The notes below the pieces were generated by a model that searched no databases, was not told where the DNA came from, and saw only the letters and a program-made list of their open reading frames with translations. A DNA stretch of 64,000 bases from Eukaryota sp. TZLM1-RC (Eukaryota > Protista > Metamonada: BaSk clade). The stretch lies in the NCBI GenBank assembly GCA_040285825.1, contig JAUPSS010000012.1, positions 62,001-126,000 on the forward strand, written 5' to 3'. Positions 9,615-20,772 of this stretch are shown here, piece after piece (the stretch's first letter is position 1; every line of letters begins with the position of its first letter). A program made the translations under genes and the position numbers.

Positions 9615-12600
9615 ATGACGTCTCCTCTCTGTCTAACATCTGATTCTACCCATGAAACCACTTTCAATATTGCTTTTCCTTTCCCATATCACAAGTTGTT
9701 TCACCTAAACGACTTTCTCCTTGCACAAAGGGACCGCATTTACTTCATCAATCACAATGGACAGTCATTTCGTCCTTTTTCCTTCCTTCGTTCACTGCGC
9801 TCCTGTAAGTCCTTCAATCTCTCTCCTAACGCCCACTACATTGTCGCCTCATCTAACCACAACATCTCTGTCTATGACCTCTCCTCCCAAACTGTCACCA
9901 CCCTTCCCCTCTACACCTCCCCTGCCCGATCGATTGTATGCTGTTATTTCCCCTTTTCTCCCTCTTCCCCCCAACCAATGCTCGCCATCAGTGACTGTGG
10001 GACCATGATAGCCGCTCTCTCTGACGAACTTGGCATCTACCACAACTCCCAATGGCATTCCTTCTCCACCCCTCTTTCTTCATGCACATCCTCTACTATC
10101 CTTTCTTTCTCATCCGCCTCCCCACTCCATGAACCCCTTCTCTCCATGGTCCAATGTGATTTAATTTTTTCTGACCAGGGGGTTGAGCTGTTGATTTATA
10201 TCAGGGTGGTTCAGGCTGTGGAAGGTGAAAATGATTTGACTGGTGTTGACCGCCGTGTCGTGATTAATGTTGATTATGATCTACTTGAACATTTTAATGT
10301 TAGAAGGTTAATCAATAGCGAAAAAGCCTCAATAATGAGCTCTTTTGATCCCCACTCCAAATTTTGTGTGTTTTGCACCTTTTTTGGCTTAATTGTCACA
10401 TTTCCTGTTGCAATTGTGAATGATGACTCTCTCGACAAGGTAATATCAATCAATCAGCAATCAATAACGTCACTGCCATTTGTTTATCAATCATTTACTG
10501 TCACGATTGTCGACCAGTTGCCGTTTTCTATTGTTGATTGTTGTTGTTTCAATTCTCTGTACATTTGCCTCTTGCTCTCCACTGGTTCTGTTATGTTTTT
10601 TACCCGAGGTTTGCTGGAGTGTAGATCAAAATTAAGGCAATCATCGACATTGCCCTTGAAAATTTCACCAGTTTTTAATCCCCGTCGACTTGCATTTTTC
10701 GGAAGGTCAGTCAATTCTGATTGTTTCATAGTTTCTGATGGTTCTGCTATGTCAAGGGTAGACATGTCGAATATTTCACTAACAGATCATCTATCAAATT
10801 TGATTGATTCTCATGAAATTTCTGTTTCTGACAAGTGTAGGGAGCTTTTTATTTGCGCTTGTAGTTTGACTTTTTCTGAAAATGTCGATAGTCAAGCTCT
10901 TTCTGGTCTGGTCTTGAACTTTTTGATAGACAATAGGTCAATATCTCAAATTTTTGATCTTTTGTATCACGATTACTATTGTCATTATTTTGTCAATATT
11001 TTGAACACTGACGCTGACACTTCTTTGACAAGCAGAAGAGATCATGAGGAGATTACAACTCGATTAAAAAAAATCTATGCCCAATATTTGTCATCAAATC
11101 ACCAAATTTTCACAAAACCAAAGTCTTACAAATTCTACTTTTCACACCTGTCAGTGAGCTCTTTGGACTCGTCAATGAATAATTTATCAAATGTTAAAAA
11201 TTTAGTCTATTTATACTATGATTTACTCGCTCAGCTCAACCCTAAAGTTGTTGATCTCTACTTAAAGTGTGACGAAAATTTGGACGTTTTGACAACTGAT
11301 ACCTCATCAAAGTCAATAACAAGTTCATTTTCTTTAATCTTAGCTCTCGTTCGAATCAATCAAAACTTTCTTGACTTTGGAAGAAAGTCATTTCTTGTCA
11401 GTCCACCTCCAGAAATTTCAGCAGAAAGACCCAAAGTTGAGATCAATTGTGCAGAATTTTACGATTTGTGTGTGAAAATTTCTGATTCTCAATTATTAAG
11501 ATCGTTGATCCTTGCTTGTCAATCAAGAGTTGTCGTCAATTTTTTATTAATGGAAATTCCTGTTAATTCTGATGTAATTAAGCAATTTTGCTCAATAATC
11601 CATCGAAATTTTAGCAAAGTTGATCCCAAATTTCTAAACTCTGTTTTTTCGACACTACTCTTGAAAAATGAATTAATTGTAGCTGAAATGTTTTACAGGC
11701 TGAATCTTCCTGACAAATTTTTAAATGTGACCCTCATTAATGAGCTGATAACGTCATTGTTGAGTCGTCTTTTTGACCTTGACAATGTTTCGTTTTTTGA
11801 CTTTTTCAGGACAAATGTGAATAAGGCTCTCTTTGGTCAATCAATTGAATTTGTAGCTCATAATAAAAAGACTTCTCACGAATTCCATCAAATTTTGCCA
11901 GATTTGATTGGTGTTTTGATTATTAAATATAATTCGCGGGTTAATTTGGAAATTTTTTTCCCAAAATACTTTGAATTAGTTTATTTTGCTCATTTAAGGG
12001 AAAAAATTTCTTATTTTGTTGAAAATAATAATTATTTTTTTAAATCTGATATTAATTCAAAATCACTTGTTACGAATTTTTTAAAAATAACTGCATTTTC
12101 TCATATTTTTCCCAACTTTTGGTGTAATTTCTTAAATATTTTACAAGAATTACCTTCAAACATACTTGACGAGCTGAAATTTTCGCTCTCAGTATCAAAA
12201 GTTTGTCCATTTTGCATTTATTGTATCCCTCCAAGGTTTATCTCAATGACAAGTCAAATATTTGGTGATAATCTCCTCAATCAAAATAAAGATCACTGTT
12301 GCAGGAGCTCCACAACTGATCACTCACTTGTCAAGAAGCTTGTCGCCAAATATTTAGTTAATCTTCGAGATCGGGCAATTGCTTCTTTCCCTCATGCTAA
12401 TATTAGCTTATCACAAGTTAACCTGACAATCCCAAATTTTCAAGTTGCCTTGTCTTTGTTTAATGAGCTCTTTTCCACCGATGACACATGTACTGTTGAT
12501 GAATCGAGCTCATCAGTCAATCAAAGTCAAACTCCAGTCAACAGTGGTCCAGCGAATAATGACCTTCTTGCGAGTCCTTTGAGTAAAACTCATCAAAATT

Positions 12601-13289
12601 TGGAATTCTCAAGCCATGAGGAATTTTTGGGAAGTTTGGCTCACCAAATTTTCGAGTCGACTAGAAAGCATCATGTGTCTAAATCATTGTCACGGTCGTC
12701 ACTTGTCAAAATTCTTTCTGATAAGGGTGTTAGAATTAATATGAAGACAACCAAAAAATCAACAAATTCGTCACCTTCACCATTTGAACCTAAAGTTGAA
12801 AGAAAACAGTTGAAATATTTATCTGAAATTCCAAAAAAGAAGAGATCACTGAAGGAAAAATTTGGTGGAATCGAAAATTTCCGAGAACTGGAACGTGACC
12901 AAGAGTCGATCAAAAAATCAAGAGAATATGCAGAGCTCACTCACAAGTTGAAATCAAAAAGTTCCCCAAAAGTTGACAATACGAAGAGGAAAACTCCCAT
13001 TAAACGTGCCAAAAAATCAGAACTGTCATCAAAAGAAATCAATAATCTATCAAATTTTGATTGGACTTCTCCTGCTCGAAAAATTTCTTTTGATTTGACT
13101 GATGTCTCTTCATCTCACCAAAATTCTGACAAAATTTTTATTGAGCCGTTGTCAAGTGATCTCTACTTGTCACCTGAAACAATTCAGTTTGAGTCACCAA
13201 TAATAAGTTCTTGGGAATTACTGAACACCTCCCAGAAATTGACTGAATCAGATGAACAAAAGCTATTTTATGATTTGTATTATGGTTGA
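9615..13289 (+). CDS. Large protein with N-terminal beta-propeller-like region and basic C-terminus; possibly a divergent CPLANE1/JBTS17-like ciliogenesis factor
   Basis: 1224-aa intronless ORF from ATG 9615. The gene itself is well supported. Identity is tentative and rests on weak motif resemblance (SLYICLLLSTGSVMFF, FIVSDG). Confidence 0.55.
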   Translation: MTSPLCLTSDSTHETTFNIAFPFPYHKLFHLNDFLLAQRDRIYFINHNGQSFRPFSFLRSLRSCKSFNLSPNAHYIVASSNHNISVYDLSSQTVTTLPLYTSPARSIVCCYFPFSPSSPQPMLAISDCGTMIAALSDELGIYHNSQWHSFSTPLSSCTSSTILSFSSASPLHEPLLSMVQCDLIFSDQGVELLIYIRVVQAVEGENDLTGVDRRVVINVDYDLLEHFNVRRLINSEKASIMSSFDPHSKFCVFCTFFGLIVTFPVAIVNDDSLDKVISINQQSITSLPFVYQSFTVTIVDQLPFSIVDCCCFNSLYICLLLSTGSVMFFTRGLLECRSKLRQSSTLPLKISPVFNPRRLAFFGRSVNSDCFIVSDGSAMSRVDMSNISLTDHLSNLIDSHEISVSDKCRELFICACSLTFSENVDSQALSGLVLNFLIDNRSISQIFDLLYHDYYCHYFVNILNTDADTSLTSRRDHEEITTRLKKIYAQYLSSNHQIFTKPKSYKFYFSHLSVSSLDSSMNNLSNVKNLVYLYYDLLAQLNPKVVDLYLKCDENLDVLTTDTSSKSITSSFSLILALVRINQNFLDFGRKSFLVSPPPEISAERPKVEINCAEFYDLCVKISDSQLLRSLILACQSRVVVNFLLMEIPVNSDVIKQFCSIIHRNFSKVDPKFLNSVFSTLLLKNELIVAEMFYRLNLPDKFLNVTLINELITSLLSRLFDLDNVSFFDFFRTNVNKALFGQSIEFVAHNKKTSHEFHQILPDLIGVLIIKYNSRVNLEIFFPKYFELVYFAHLREKISYFVENNNYFFKSDINSKSLVTNFLKITAFSHIFPNFWCNFLNILQELPSNILDELKFSLSVSKVCPFCIYCIPPRFISMTSQIFGDNLLNQNKDHCCRSSTTDHSLVKKLVAKYLVNLRDRAIASFPHANISLSQVNLTIPNFQVALSLFNELFSTDDTCTVDESSSSVNQSQTPVNSGPANNDLLASPLSKTHQNLEFSSHEEFLGSLAHQIFESTRKHHVSKSLSRSSLVKILSDKGVRINMKTTKKSTNSSPSPFEPKVERKQLKYLSEIPKKKRSLKEKFGGIENFRELERDQESIKKSREYAELTHKLKSKSSPKVDNTKRKTPIKRAKKSELSSKEINNLSNFDWTSPARKISFDLTDVSSSHQNSDKIFIEPLSSDLYLSPETIQFESPIISSWELLNTSQKLTESDEQKLFYDLYYG

Positions 13290-14671
13290 TTTTTAATTTA
13301 ATTTATTATTCACTATTTTTTTAATTTGTTGTAAATTTTTTCTTCATTTATTTATATTTTTCTTTTTCTTGGTGCTTGAAATGAAATTTTAAATTTCCTT
13401 TTTTAATTCAACTGTTTCAATATTTTTATATGTCATTGAACTAAACAAGAAAGAAAGTAGAGTTCGTCAATTGTTTTGTCTGATATAGTCAACAACTATT
13501 TCTGCTGACTATTTCTTCAGAAAATCAACAAAATAAAAGCATTGAAACCAAATGTGGTGAGATTGCAAGTCTAGGGAAGCCAACTTTTCTTCTCATCACT
13601 AATAATTTAACCAACTAATACCTTAAAAAATGGTGTTTATTTCAAATTAAAAAGACACAAGAAGACTTTACTGATTTTCTGACAAATTGGAAGAAGCACC
13701 TCTTAATATTGCATGACAGTACAAGATGATTAGGAACCACCTTGGAACTGTTGCCATCGAACTTATCTCAATCATTCACTCATCGTTCACTAATGTTTTT
13801 ACTTTTACTTTTACTTTTGCATCGATTCAAAATGCAATAAACAGCAAAAAATTGTGTTGCTTCTTCTGCAGAACAATTTCATTGAAAATACTTCTTTAGT
13901 TTTTTCCTAAATTTCAAATTAATCTCAATTGTCCGGATTAAACATCGAGTATTTTCTCAAAAAATTTACTGTGATGTAATAGAAATTAGGGTTAGTTAGG
14001 GTTGAGTTTTGGAGCATCATTCAGCAATCATTGAATGTGTTGAGGAGGGATCGGAACATTGCGTAGAGGGAAAATTTACTCCCCAATGGTATTCAAGTCT
14101 AACTATAAAGCCAATGTTTACTAAATCTATTCGTGGAGAAATGCAGAAATTCATAATTAAAATGTTTAAATGTTGATTTTTTTGATTTCAAGATATGATG
14201 TTTTAACTAGTTATTAAACATCTAAAAACGCATACACAACTCAATAAACACAACTTCCTTCCAGATTTAATTAAAGTTGGCGCAAAAAACACTTTTCCGC
14301 TGTCTTTTCCGCCTTAAATAAAGAGAGATAGACATGACTGGTGTCAGTGAAACACTCCTAACCGAGCTTCTTTCAAACCCAAATGCTGAAGCTTTGGCAT
14401 TCAACTTCTTAACACAATTCCCCTCACTCCAAAGAATGTTCCTTTTAAAGAACCATTTAAAGGATGGTTCTGCCAGAGATGGCAAATTTGGAATCCAATT
14501 GTGATTAAGAAATTCAAATTGGTTGAAAGTTAGCTTCTTTAATTCAGAAAAAAAGGAAACACAGTCGATGAAAGCTTATCATCAAAGGATAACAAGCTGA
14601 GAATGGTCCACTGAGAACGGAAAAGTCCACTAACTAAGAGAATGTTAATAACTAAGGTGGGTAAGTAACAT

Positions 14672-14796
14672 TGAGGTTAAACAACAACAAATGAGGTTAA
14701 ACAACAACAAATGAGGTTAAACAACAACAAATGAGGTTAAACAACAACAAATGAGGTTAAACAACAACAAACAAAAGAAAGAAAGAAAGAAAGAAA
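14672..14796 (+). repeat. Minisatellite (TGAGGTTAAACAACAACAAA)x5 followed by (GAAA)n
   Basis: Five perfect 20-bp units at 14672-14771, then about 5 GAAA units. Confidence 0.95.
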
Positions 14797-15139
14797 GAGG
14801 AAAATGCATGACCTCGAGGGTCTCACAATTGCTGACAACCAAGCATTTAAGTGTCAAACAAGCAAGATGGAGGGTGGCATTTGAGCAAAACTCCAAACAA
14901 AGGGTATTTAAATGAACAAGTCTTGAAGGTTTAAAAGTAATGGTCACTATTGTAAATGGGGATTTCTTTCAGGTTTTTGAAGTTGGTAAAAACAGTTGAA
15001 AAAAATCTGAAAAACAGATCTGAGATCTAGGTTTAGATCGATCATTGCAATGCAGAAAGGTTTCAGAAAGAATTGTTTCAGAAAGAATTGTTTCAGAAAA
15101 ACGTGATGAAGAAAATAACTTTGAATCTGAAAAGGAATT

Positions 15140-15570
15140 TAAATTTGGTTTAAATAAGCAGTTACGTGTTGATGGCTTTCAAACGTCAACCAAAATTGCT
15201 TTTGATGTTACGATAGTTGGAGGATATGGTAATGATTGGAGTGATGCGTTTTCGAAAGCTTATTCTGATAAAATTTCAAAATATTCAATTTTAAAAGAAT
15301 TATATTTAATCAACCAAATTGTTCCTCTCGTTTTTAGTGTTCATGGGGGTTTTTACACTAAAACAAAAATACTGTTTGACCGATTTGGATGGAATGAGGT
15401 AGCAGATGAAATTAGTTGTATCATTTTGCAGAATAGCTTTAAATGCCACAGTGCGTTTAATTATATACTTCAAAAGAAAAGAGTAGATCGTCAATGTTCG
15501 TAGGTAGTTTTTTTAGTTTTCAAATAGTTTCTTCTGAATTTTTAATAAATGCAAATTGATGATGAAAAAA
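15140..15570 (+). mobile_element. RLE-domain 3' fragment of a divergent non-LTR retrotransposon family
   Basis: LRVDGF...IAFDVTIV...KISKY...IVPLVFSVHG, the R-x-D...D-V-T...K-x-x-K-Y RLE pattern. Confidence 0.7.
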
Positions 15571-15868
15571 AGGTTCAGTATTAACAATTAAGAAAATCCC
15601 ATGTGTATCTTTTACTGAACGGTATCATATCTAATAATATTCAAGAAATACTACCAACGGAATGAATAGCAATAACAGCAGTTGAGTTTTCCATCATTCG
15701 CTGTGTCAAAACCTGGCAAAAATTGTCAGACTAAGCAGGTGATTGGTGTTCCGACTTGGAACAAACGATAACTAGGAAAGTCAGTGAGTACGAGGCTGGT
15801 GATGAGAGGGAATGGTTTTATTGAGGGAATTAGACCGTCAAGAAAATCACCTCATTATCCTGATAAAC

Positions 15869-16363
15869 ATGAAACTCTTCATCTTTGCAGTATTGCTTGT
15901 CGCTGCTTTAGCTTCTGAGGCTGATGACAACATTGTTGTCAACATCGATGGTGAGAACAAAGTTCTAACCCCAAAGCAAGTACTTTCTTATGCCAAGAAA
16001 GCCGGTTTTACAGGTCAACTTGCTCATACTATGGTCTGTATTGCCAAGTATGAATCTTCATATAACAGCAAAGCTGTTAACAAGAACCGTGATGGATCTA
16101 TTGATCGTGGACTTTGGCAAATCAATTCCAGATGGTATGTTCAACTCTAACACTTATGCCAGGTGGTGTGCTGATGGACATAATGGCTGCAAAGTATGAA
16201 GGATTTTTCTTCACACAACTTATTTTAGGTTGCTTGCTCTGCTCTCTTCAATCCTGATACAGCTGCTAGATGTGCCCGAACTGTTTATAAACAACAAGGA
16301 CTCAAAGCGTGGGTAGCTTACACCAAACACAAGTCTACCTGCGACAAGTTCCGTGTCAAGTAA
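15869..16363 (+). CDS. Secreted c-type (GH22-like) lysozyme; exons 15869-16134, 16163-16193, 16229-16363
   Basis: Signal peptide; [51 protein letters not shown]...ARCARTVYKQQGLKAWVAY. Catalytic Glu and Asp retained. GT-AG introns of 28 and 35 nt. Confidence 0.92.
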
Positions 16364-16849
16364 GTTGTACCTATGGTCTAACTTTTGTATAAACTTTTAT
16401 TGTCAATTTTTTGCTTCTTTGTATTTTTTGTTTTTCAATTTAGTGGAAATTCTCAACTTTCACAATACAATTTTTAATTTGAAGTTTTACTGAAGATCTG
16501 AATTTGTATAAGTCTATAAACATTACCTCCATTAACAAATCCAGCACATGAGTTAAATGCTAGACTATTCCGTGAATCTCAGCAGCTAATTAATTCTATT
16601 ACTACTAGTACTAATTGAGACTTTAATATCATCTGTTGGAAGCATGGTGTGACATTCGATCTGTCTTGGTATTTATCTAATGAAAGGCATATTATATTTG
16701 AGAATTTTCTTAGAATGGTTGAATTTTATTGTTTGAAAACAAATTTACAAATTGAATAAACACTATTATAAGACAAAAAATATTGCTAGAGTAAATTCTT
16801 GATCAATTATTATAATATTAAAGATTAATCAAGTATGATTTAAACTAAA

Positions 16850-17400
16850 AACCTGTATATATTGAAAGTTTTCCAAAATTCTTATAAACCAGGAGTAAAT
16901 CTGCTATAAAATTAATTTTCAAACGGTTTAAACATAATGAAATTATATCTACTGATTTTTGGAGGCTTGAATTTGCCATATCGATTCTCAGCTTTAGCAT
17001 TCATCAAGATATCGAAAAATCTCTTTCAGTAAATAAATAATAAATCAGAAACAGATGATTTGTTACAGCGATCAACTTTACTGAAGCAATCAACTGTTTC
17101 TTGGCAATCAGTCCAACCTTCAATAAGAATACCGGAATTAGAGTGATTAAAACAAGGACGAAAATTATCTTGAAATTCGACAATTATTCAAACTTTATGT
17201 TAATATTTTCGAAATTTGTGTAGACTGAACAAAAAATGAGCAAAAGCTTTCAACTAGGTTTAGACGACTTTAACGATGGAATAATTGTAAATTAACTATT
17301 CACAGTAGTTCTTACACAATCATGATTCTTTGTCAACTGAAAGAAGAACACACAGCAATTGAGGTGGTAACATAAAGTTATGAACTTCTAGTCTTTTCCA
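16850..17400 (-). mobile_element. Heavily decayed CRE-like RLE fragment
   Basis: KNHDCVRTTV (RHD.VR motif) and ILIEG...VDC..VDRCN; many stops. Confidence 0.5.
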
Positions 17401-17599
17401 CTTTATCTTTTTGTATACTGGAATAATAGTATCTAGATTTTTTGTATTAATTTCGAAGACTTTGTTTTATTCAATTTCAGTTTATAAATAAGTTGATTAA
17501 AAACTACTAGAACCAGCTTAACAAAGTTAATGGGGAACAAAAAGGTAGTAACTTGTAATGAGCAGAATCAAGTTGAACACTCCTATGCACACGTTAAGG

Positions 17600-18690
17600 A
17601 TAAAACGAAGCTATCGTTGGTCAGTTGACCAAACTATCCTCATATGTTTAAACAAACTCTAACTTTACAAACAAAATTTCCAGTCGATGCTGTGGGGAAT
17701 TGTGGATTGGGGGGTGCAAGGCAAAACCATCAAATAGATGCTTTGGTGTGAAATGGCCAATTGTAATTGTTCAATCAACCATTGAATCACCTAAAGTACT
17801 TTTGTTCAAATGAATGAAACGATCAATAAAAATAATTGAACCATCAACAACAGTAACATTGGCTCAGTGGTTCATCCAAAGTAAAATTACCACCAACGAT
17901 AAAAAAGGAATATAAACCGTTGAGCCAATTGAATTAACAAATATTTTGGAATCAACAAGATCAAGAGGTGAGGAAATAAAAAATGATTTCCAATTTTGAT
18001 AAAATTAAGAACACTATTGATAGAAATTAAAGACTCAATTGATAAATCACTTCCAATATAATCAATTTGTGTAAATGCATCAGTAATAGAGGCATTTTGG
18101 ATAATGAGTGACACTTGAATAGAAACTACATTGAAGTTGCTGTTGAATACATTTAAATTTGCGGTATTAAAAGAATTTCTTATAGAACTGATATTAAAAT
18201 TGCTGGCAATGATTTCAGTAGAATTGATTAACCAATCAATTCCAACTATGTTTGATTTAAGAGCAGAATGAACAACTGACATTGCATTTTCCACAACAAA
18301 ATCGCTGTTCACCTCTCCAAAAGTTACTGTTGAATTAATTGAATGGAAATCAGAACTGAAAAAATCTCCAGTAAATAGGACTAGAGTTAAATAGACCATC
18401 TTCTAAATCAAATAAAGGAGTTACAAACTCACAAGACAAAGAATTTAAAACAGCTCTACCCCCTGTAATGTCTAATAAAGAAACATTGAAAATACCAGTG
18501 TTTGGACACTCAGCAAACTCAATAAATCCCCCTTTTGGAACAATTACAGAAGAAATGTTGCAAACAGTGCCATCCATAAAGTGTAAATACCCAGAACCAA
18601 GAACTATATTAGGATCAAGTAGGAATAAGCTTTCAAATAGTACAGAAGAACCGTCAGTAATAAAGTAAGTGGCATCCCATTACCATTATA
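17600..18690 (-). pseudogene. Fragment of a large Ser/Asn/Ile-rich beta-strand (surface-type) protein gene
   Basis: Overlapping frameshifted ORFs 18350-18577 and 17887-18399 with protein-like composition; no clear start or end. Confidence 0.45.
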
Positions 18691-18877
18691 ATAAATGGTT
18701 AATTATATTTATAAAGATATATTAATTTAAGGTGTATTTACTATACCAAAGTAAAGTTGGTAACAACCCTAGAAAACAACTACAGAAGCTAAGCAGTTTA
18801 TTACAAAGCAGAAAAAAGCTACATAAATTATGAATTATAATACAGATAAAATAAATTAATAAATAAAAAAACCACAA

Positions 18878-19351
18878 TTAATCCTTGGCCTCCGTAACTG
18901 CAGTTTGAGAGATCCTTGGTAGTTTTGACTTAGCCAAAAGTCGTTCCCTCGCATCCTGGGCCCTTTTCCTCACAAGTTCACGTTCCCTTGCCCTTTTTAG
19001 TTCTGCTTCCCTCTTCTTTTGATTGTAATGTTCATCCTTTGCTTTTTCCAGGGCCATTCTCTCAGCCCGACTGAGTTCCCGATCTATTGAGCGAAGAGCA
19101 GCTTCTACACGGCCTTGGGGAACCAACCGGCCAGAGCTATCGATGAGACCATTACGTATCAGTTGTTTTTGAATAGATGGGTTGGAAAAGAAATGTACAG
19201 AATGCATGTCCTGCAGTGGTTGGTATGATGGAAGTTTATGTTTAGAAAATGAGGTATCAAATGCCCGTTCCCGTCTTTTGTGTGATTTTCGAGGTAGACG
19301 CTTGCTTTTTTTGGATGGAAGAGGTGGGTTTTGCAGTGGATGGGAAGACAT
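18878..19351 (-). CDS. Basic coiled-coil protein with ERICH3-like N-terminal motif
   Basis: 157 aa; YQPLQDMHSVHFFSNPSIQKQLIRNGLIDSSG resembles the YN.L.D.HL..YF....HL...GLI...G motif. Confidence 0.65.
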   Translation of the reverse strand: MSSHPLQNPPLPSKKSKRLPRKSHKRRERAFDTSFSKHKLPSYQPLQDMHSVHFFSNPSIQKQLIRNGLIDSSGRLVPQGRVEAALRSIDRELSRAERMALEKAKDEHYNQKKREAELKRARERELVRKRAQDARERLLAKSKLPRISQTAVTEAKD

Positions 19352-19419
19352 CGGCTAATAGCACACTAATGTCAAATACTAATAACTTGTTGAGATTAGT
19401 GGGGGATGTAGATGAAATG

Positions 19420-19620
19420 AATCAAGTTGATCTAACCTTTTCTCAACTTGAGAACTTTCATTTCCTATAAGATAATGATCCACAACATGAATCATATTAA
19501 GAACAGCATTGACATTACGATTCCATAGACGTCCGGCTTCCTCAAAAGTAAAACCTTAATACTTGTTGCTTCACCATGATCATTAAATTGAGGGATCACT
19601 ACTTCATTCTTCATTTTGAT
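19420..19620 (-). pseudogene. Third, very degraded Fanzor/TnpB C-terminal remnant
   Basis: Minus-strand frame reads EEAGRLWNRNVNAVLNMIHVVDHYLIG, matching C..CG.LWNRDVNA..NM with the catalytic Asp changed to Asn. Confidence 0.55.
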
Positions 19621-20230
19621 GAAGAAGATGAGTTGTCTTTTTACCAACTGTGATCAAACACAATATTTGCCAGTGTTACGCGCGATTGAACATTGATTCC
19701 ACAACAAGCCGGTGTCTCAATTGAGCCTTGTGTTTCAAATAAATCTATTTTCTCATTAAAGTCAGAAGGATATTCAGAAAAATCATTTCAAAGAACAATT
19801 CAGTAAATCCATGGAGTCGAAAAAAACATGATGACGTAATCTTTATCTGATATTCTGTAACTGTTTCTGCAAGAAATTCCGTTTCTGACACATAACACTT
19901 CTGATAAAGAAATCAAATGACTATTCTGAAATCACTATTTGATTTATACAATTAATATAACTTTCTGAATTAAGACTCACACAGCAGGCTGTGTTTGATT
20001 TAAGATTGTCAGTAAAGTTTTGGTGCACCAAATGGAAATTGAAAGAAAACGTGATATTTTTAAATGCTTATAGGCTATTACTGTATGTCACCAATCAATC
20101 AAATTCTTTTCATTCTTAGGGTCGACCAGTTATTTTTCAATCATCAATACTTTTCAAGAACGAGTAACCACGATCTACAGTAGTGTTTAACTGGAGGAAC
20201 GGCTGATTATGGTCATAAATCCCATTGGCC

Positions 20231-20772
20231 ATGTCAATCATTAAAAATGATGATGTTTTTGTTGGAACTCACCGCGAGATTGGTATTGAGAGAACTGGGT
20301 CAAGTACCACTGTAGGATCTGGTCCTTTCTCTCGTTTGACTTACTACCTCAGTATGTATCTTTCACATTAACCACATACTGTGTTGAATGTGTACTTGAT
20401 TTCGATATACCCTATCGTTTTCGTAATTTTGGTGACGCTTGGAAGCTCGACCGCAGTGACAAAGAGTCTGTTCTAACTCTTTGTGTGATGCTCTCCCCTG
20501 ATATTTTCCTCAAGGCTGGAATCTTCATTCTTGATAGTGATCTCTGTGGTGATAGCGCTAATGCATTCTACAATATCACCGATCAACGTATTGGTGTTCT
20601 TGGTTGTGAGTCCATTCTAATCGGCGAAAAGCGTGTTTCTGTCCATAAGATCATGGCATTGAAACGTGTCTGGCTGGACAAATACTTCTTTGATGCTCTC
20701 GATTCAGCTGTGGATTCCCTCAAACTTAAGAAGAAACCTGAGAAGTCTACCTCTAGTTGTTCTTTAATGTAG
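20231..20772 (+). CDS. Uncharacterised protein, two exons joined by a 26-nt non-canonical intron near 20352-20379
   Basis: Exon 1 MSIIKNDDVF...FSRLTYYL; exon 2 CVECVLDF...LSPDIFLKAG...KSTSSCSLM. The frames join if 26 nt are removed. C-terminal CSLM is a possible CaaX box. Confidence 0.75.

Noticed and set aside
13986-14003. TTAGGGTTAGTTAGGG as a telomeric or CRE target site
   Set aside because: Only two units and no adjacent element junction identifiable.
14599-14616. GAGAATGGTCCACTGAG resembling the Fanzor RNA 5' motif
   Set aside because: No RuvC motif upstream and I could not fold the shared three-way junction downstream.
14672-14771. CRISPR-like array
   Set aside because: Units are directly abutting with no spacers, and there are no cas genes; simple minisatellite.
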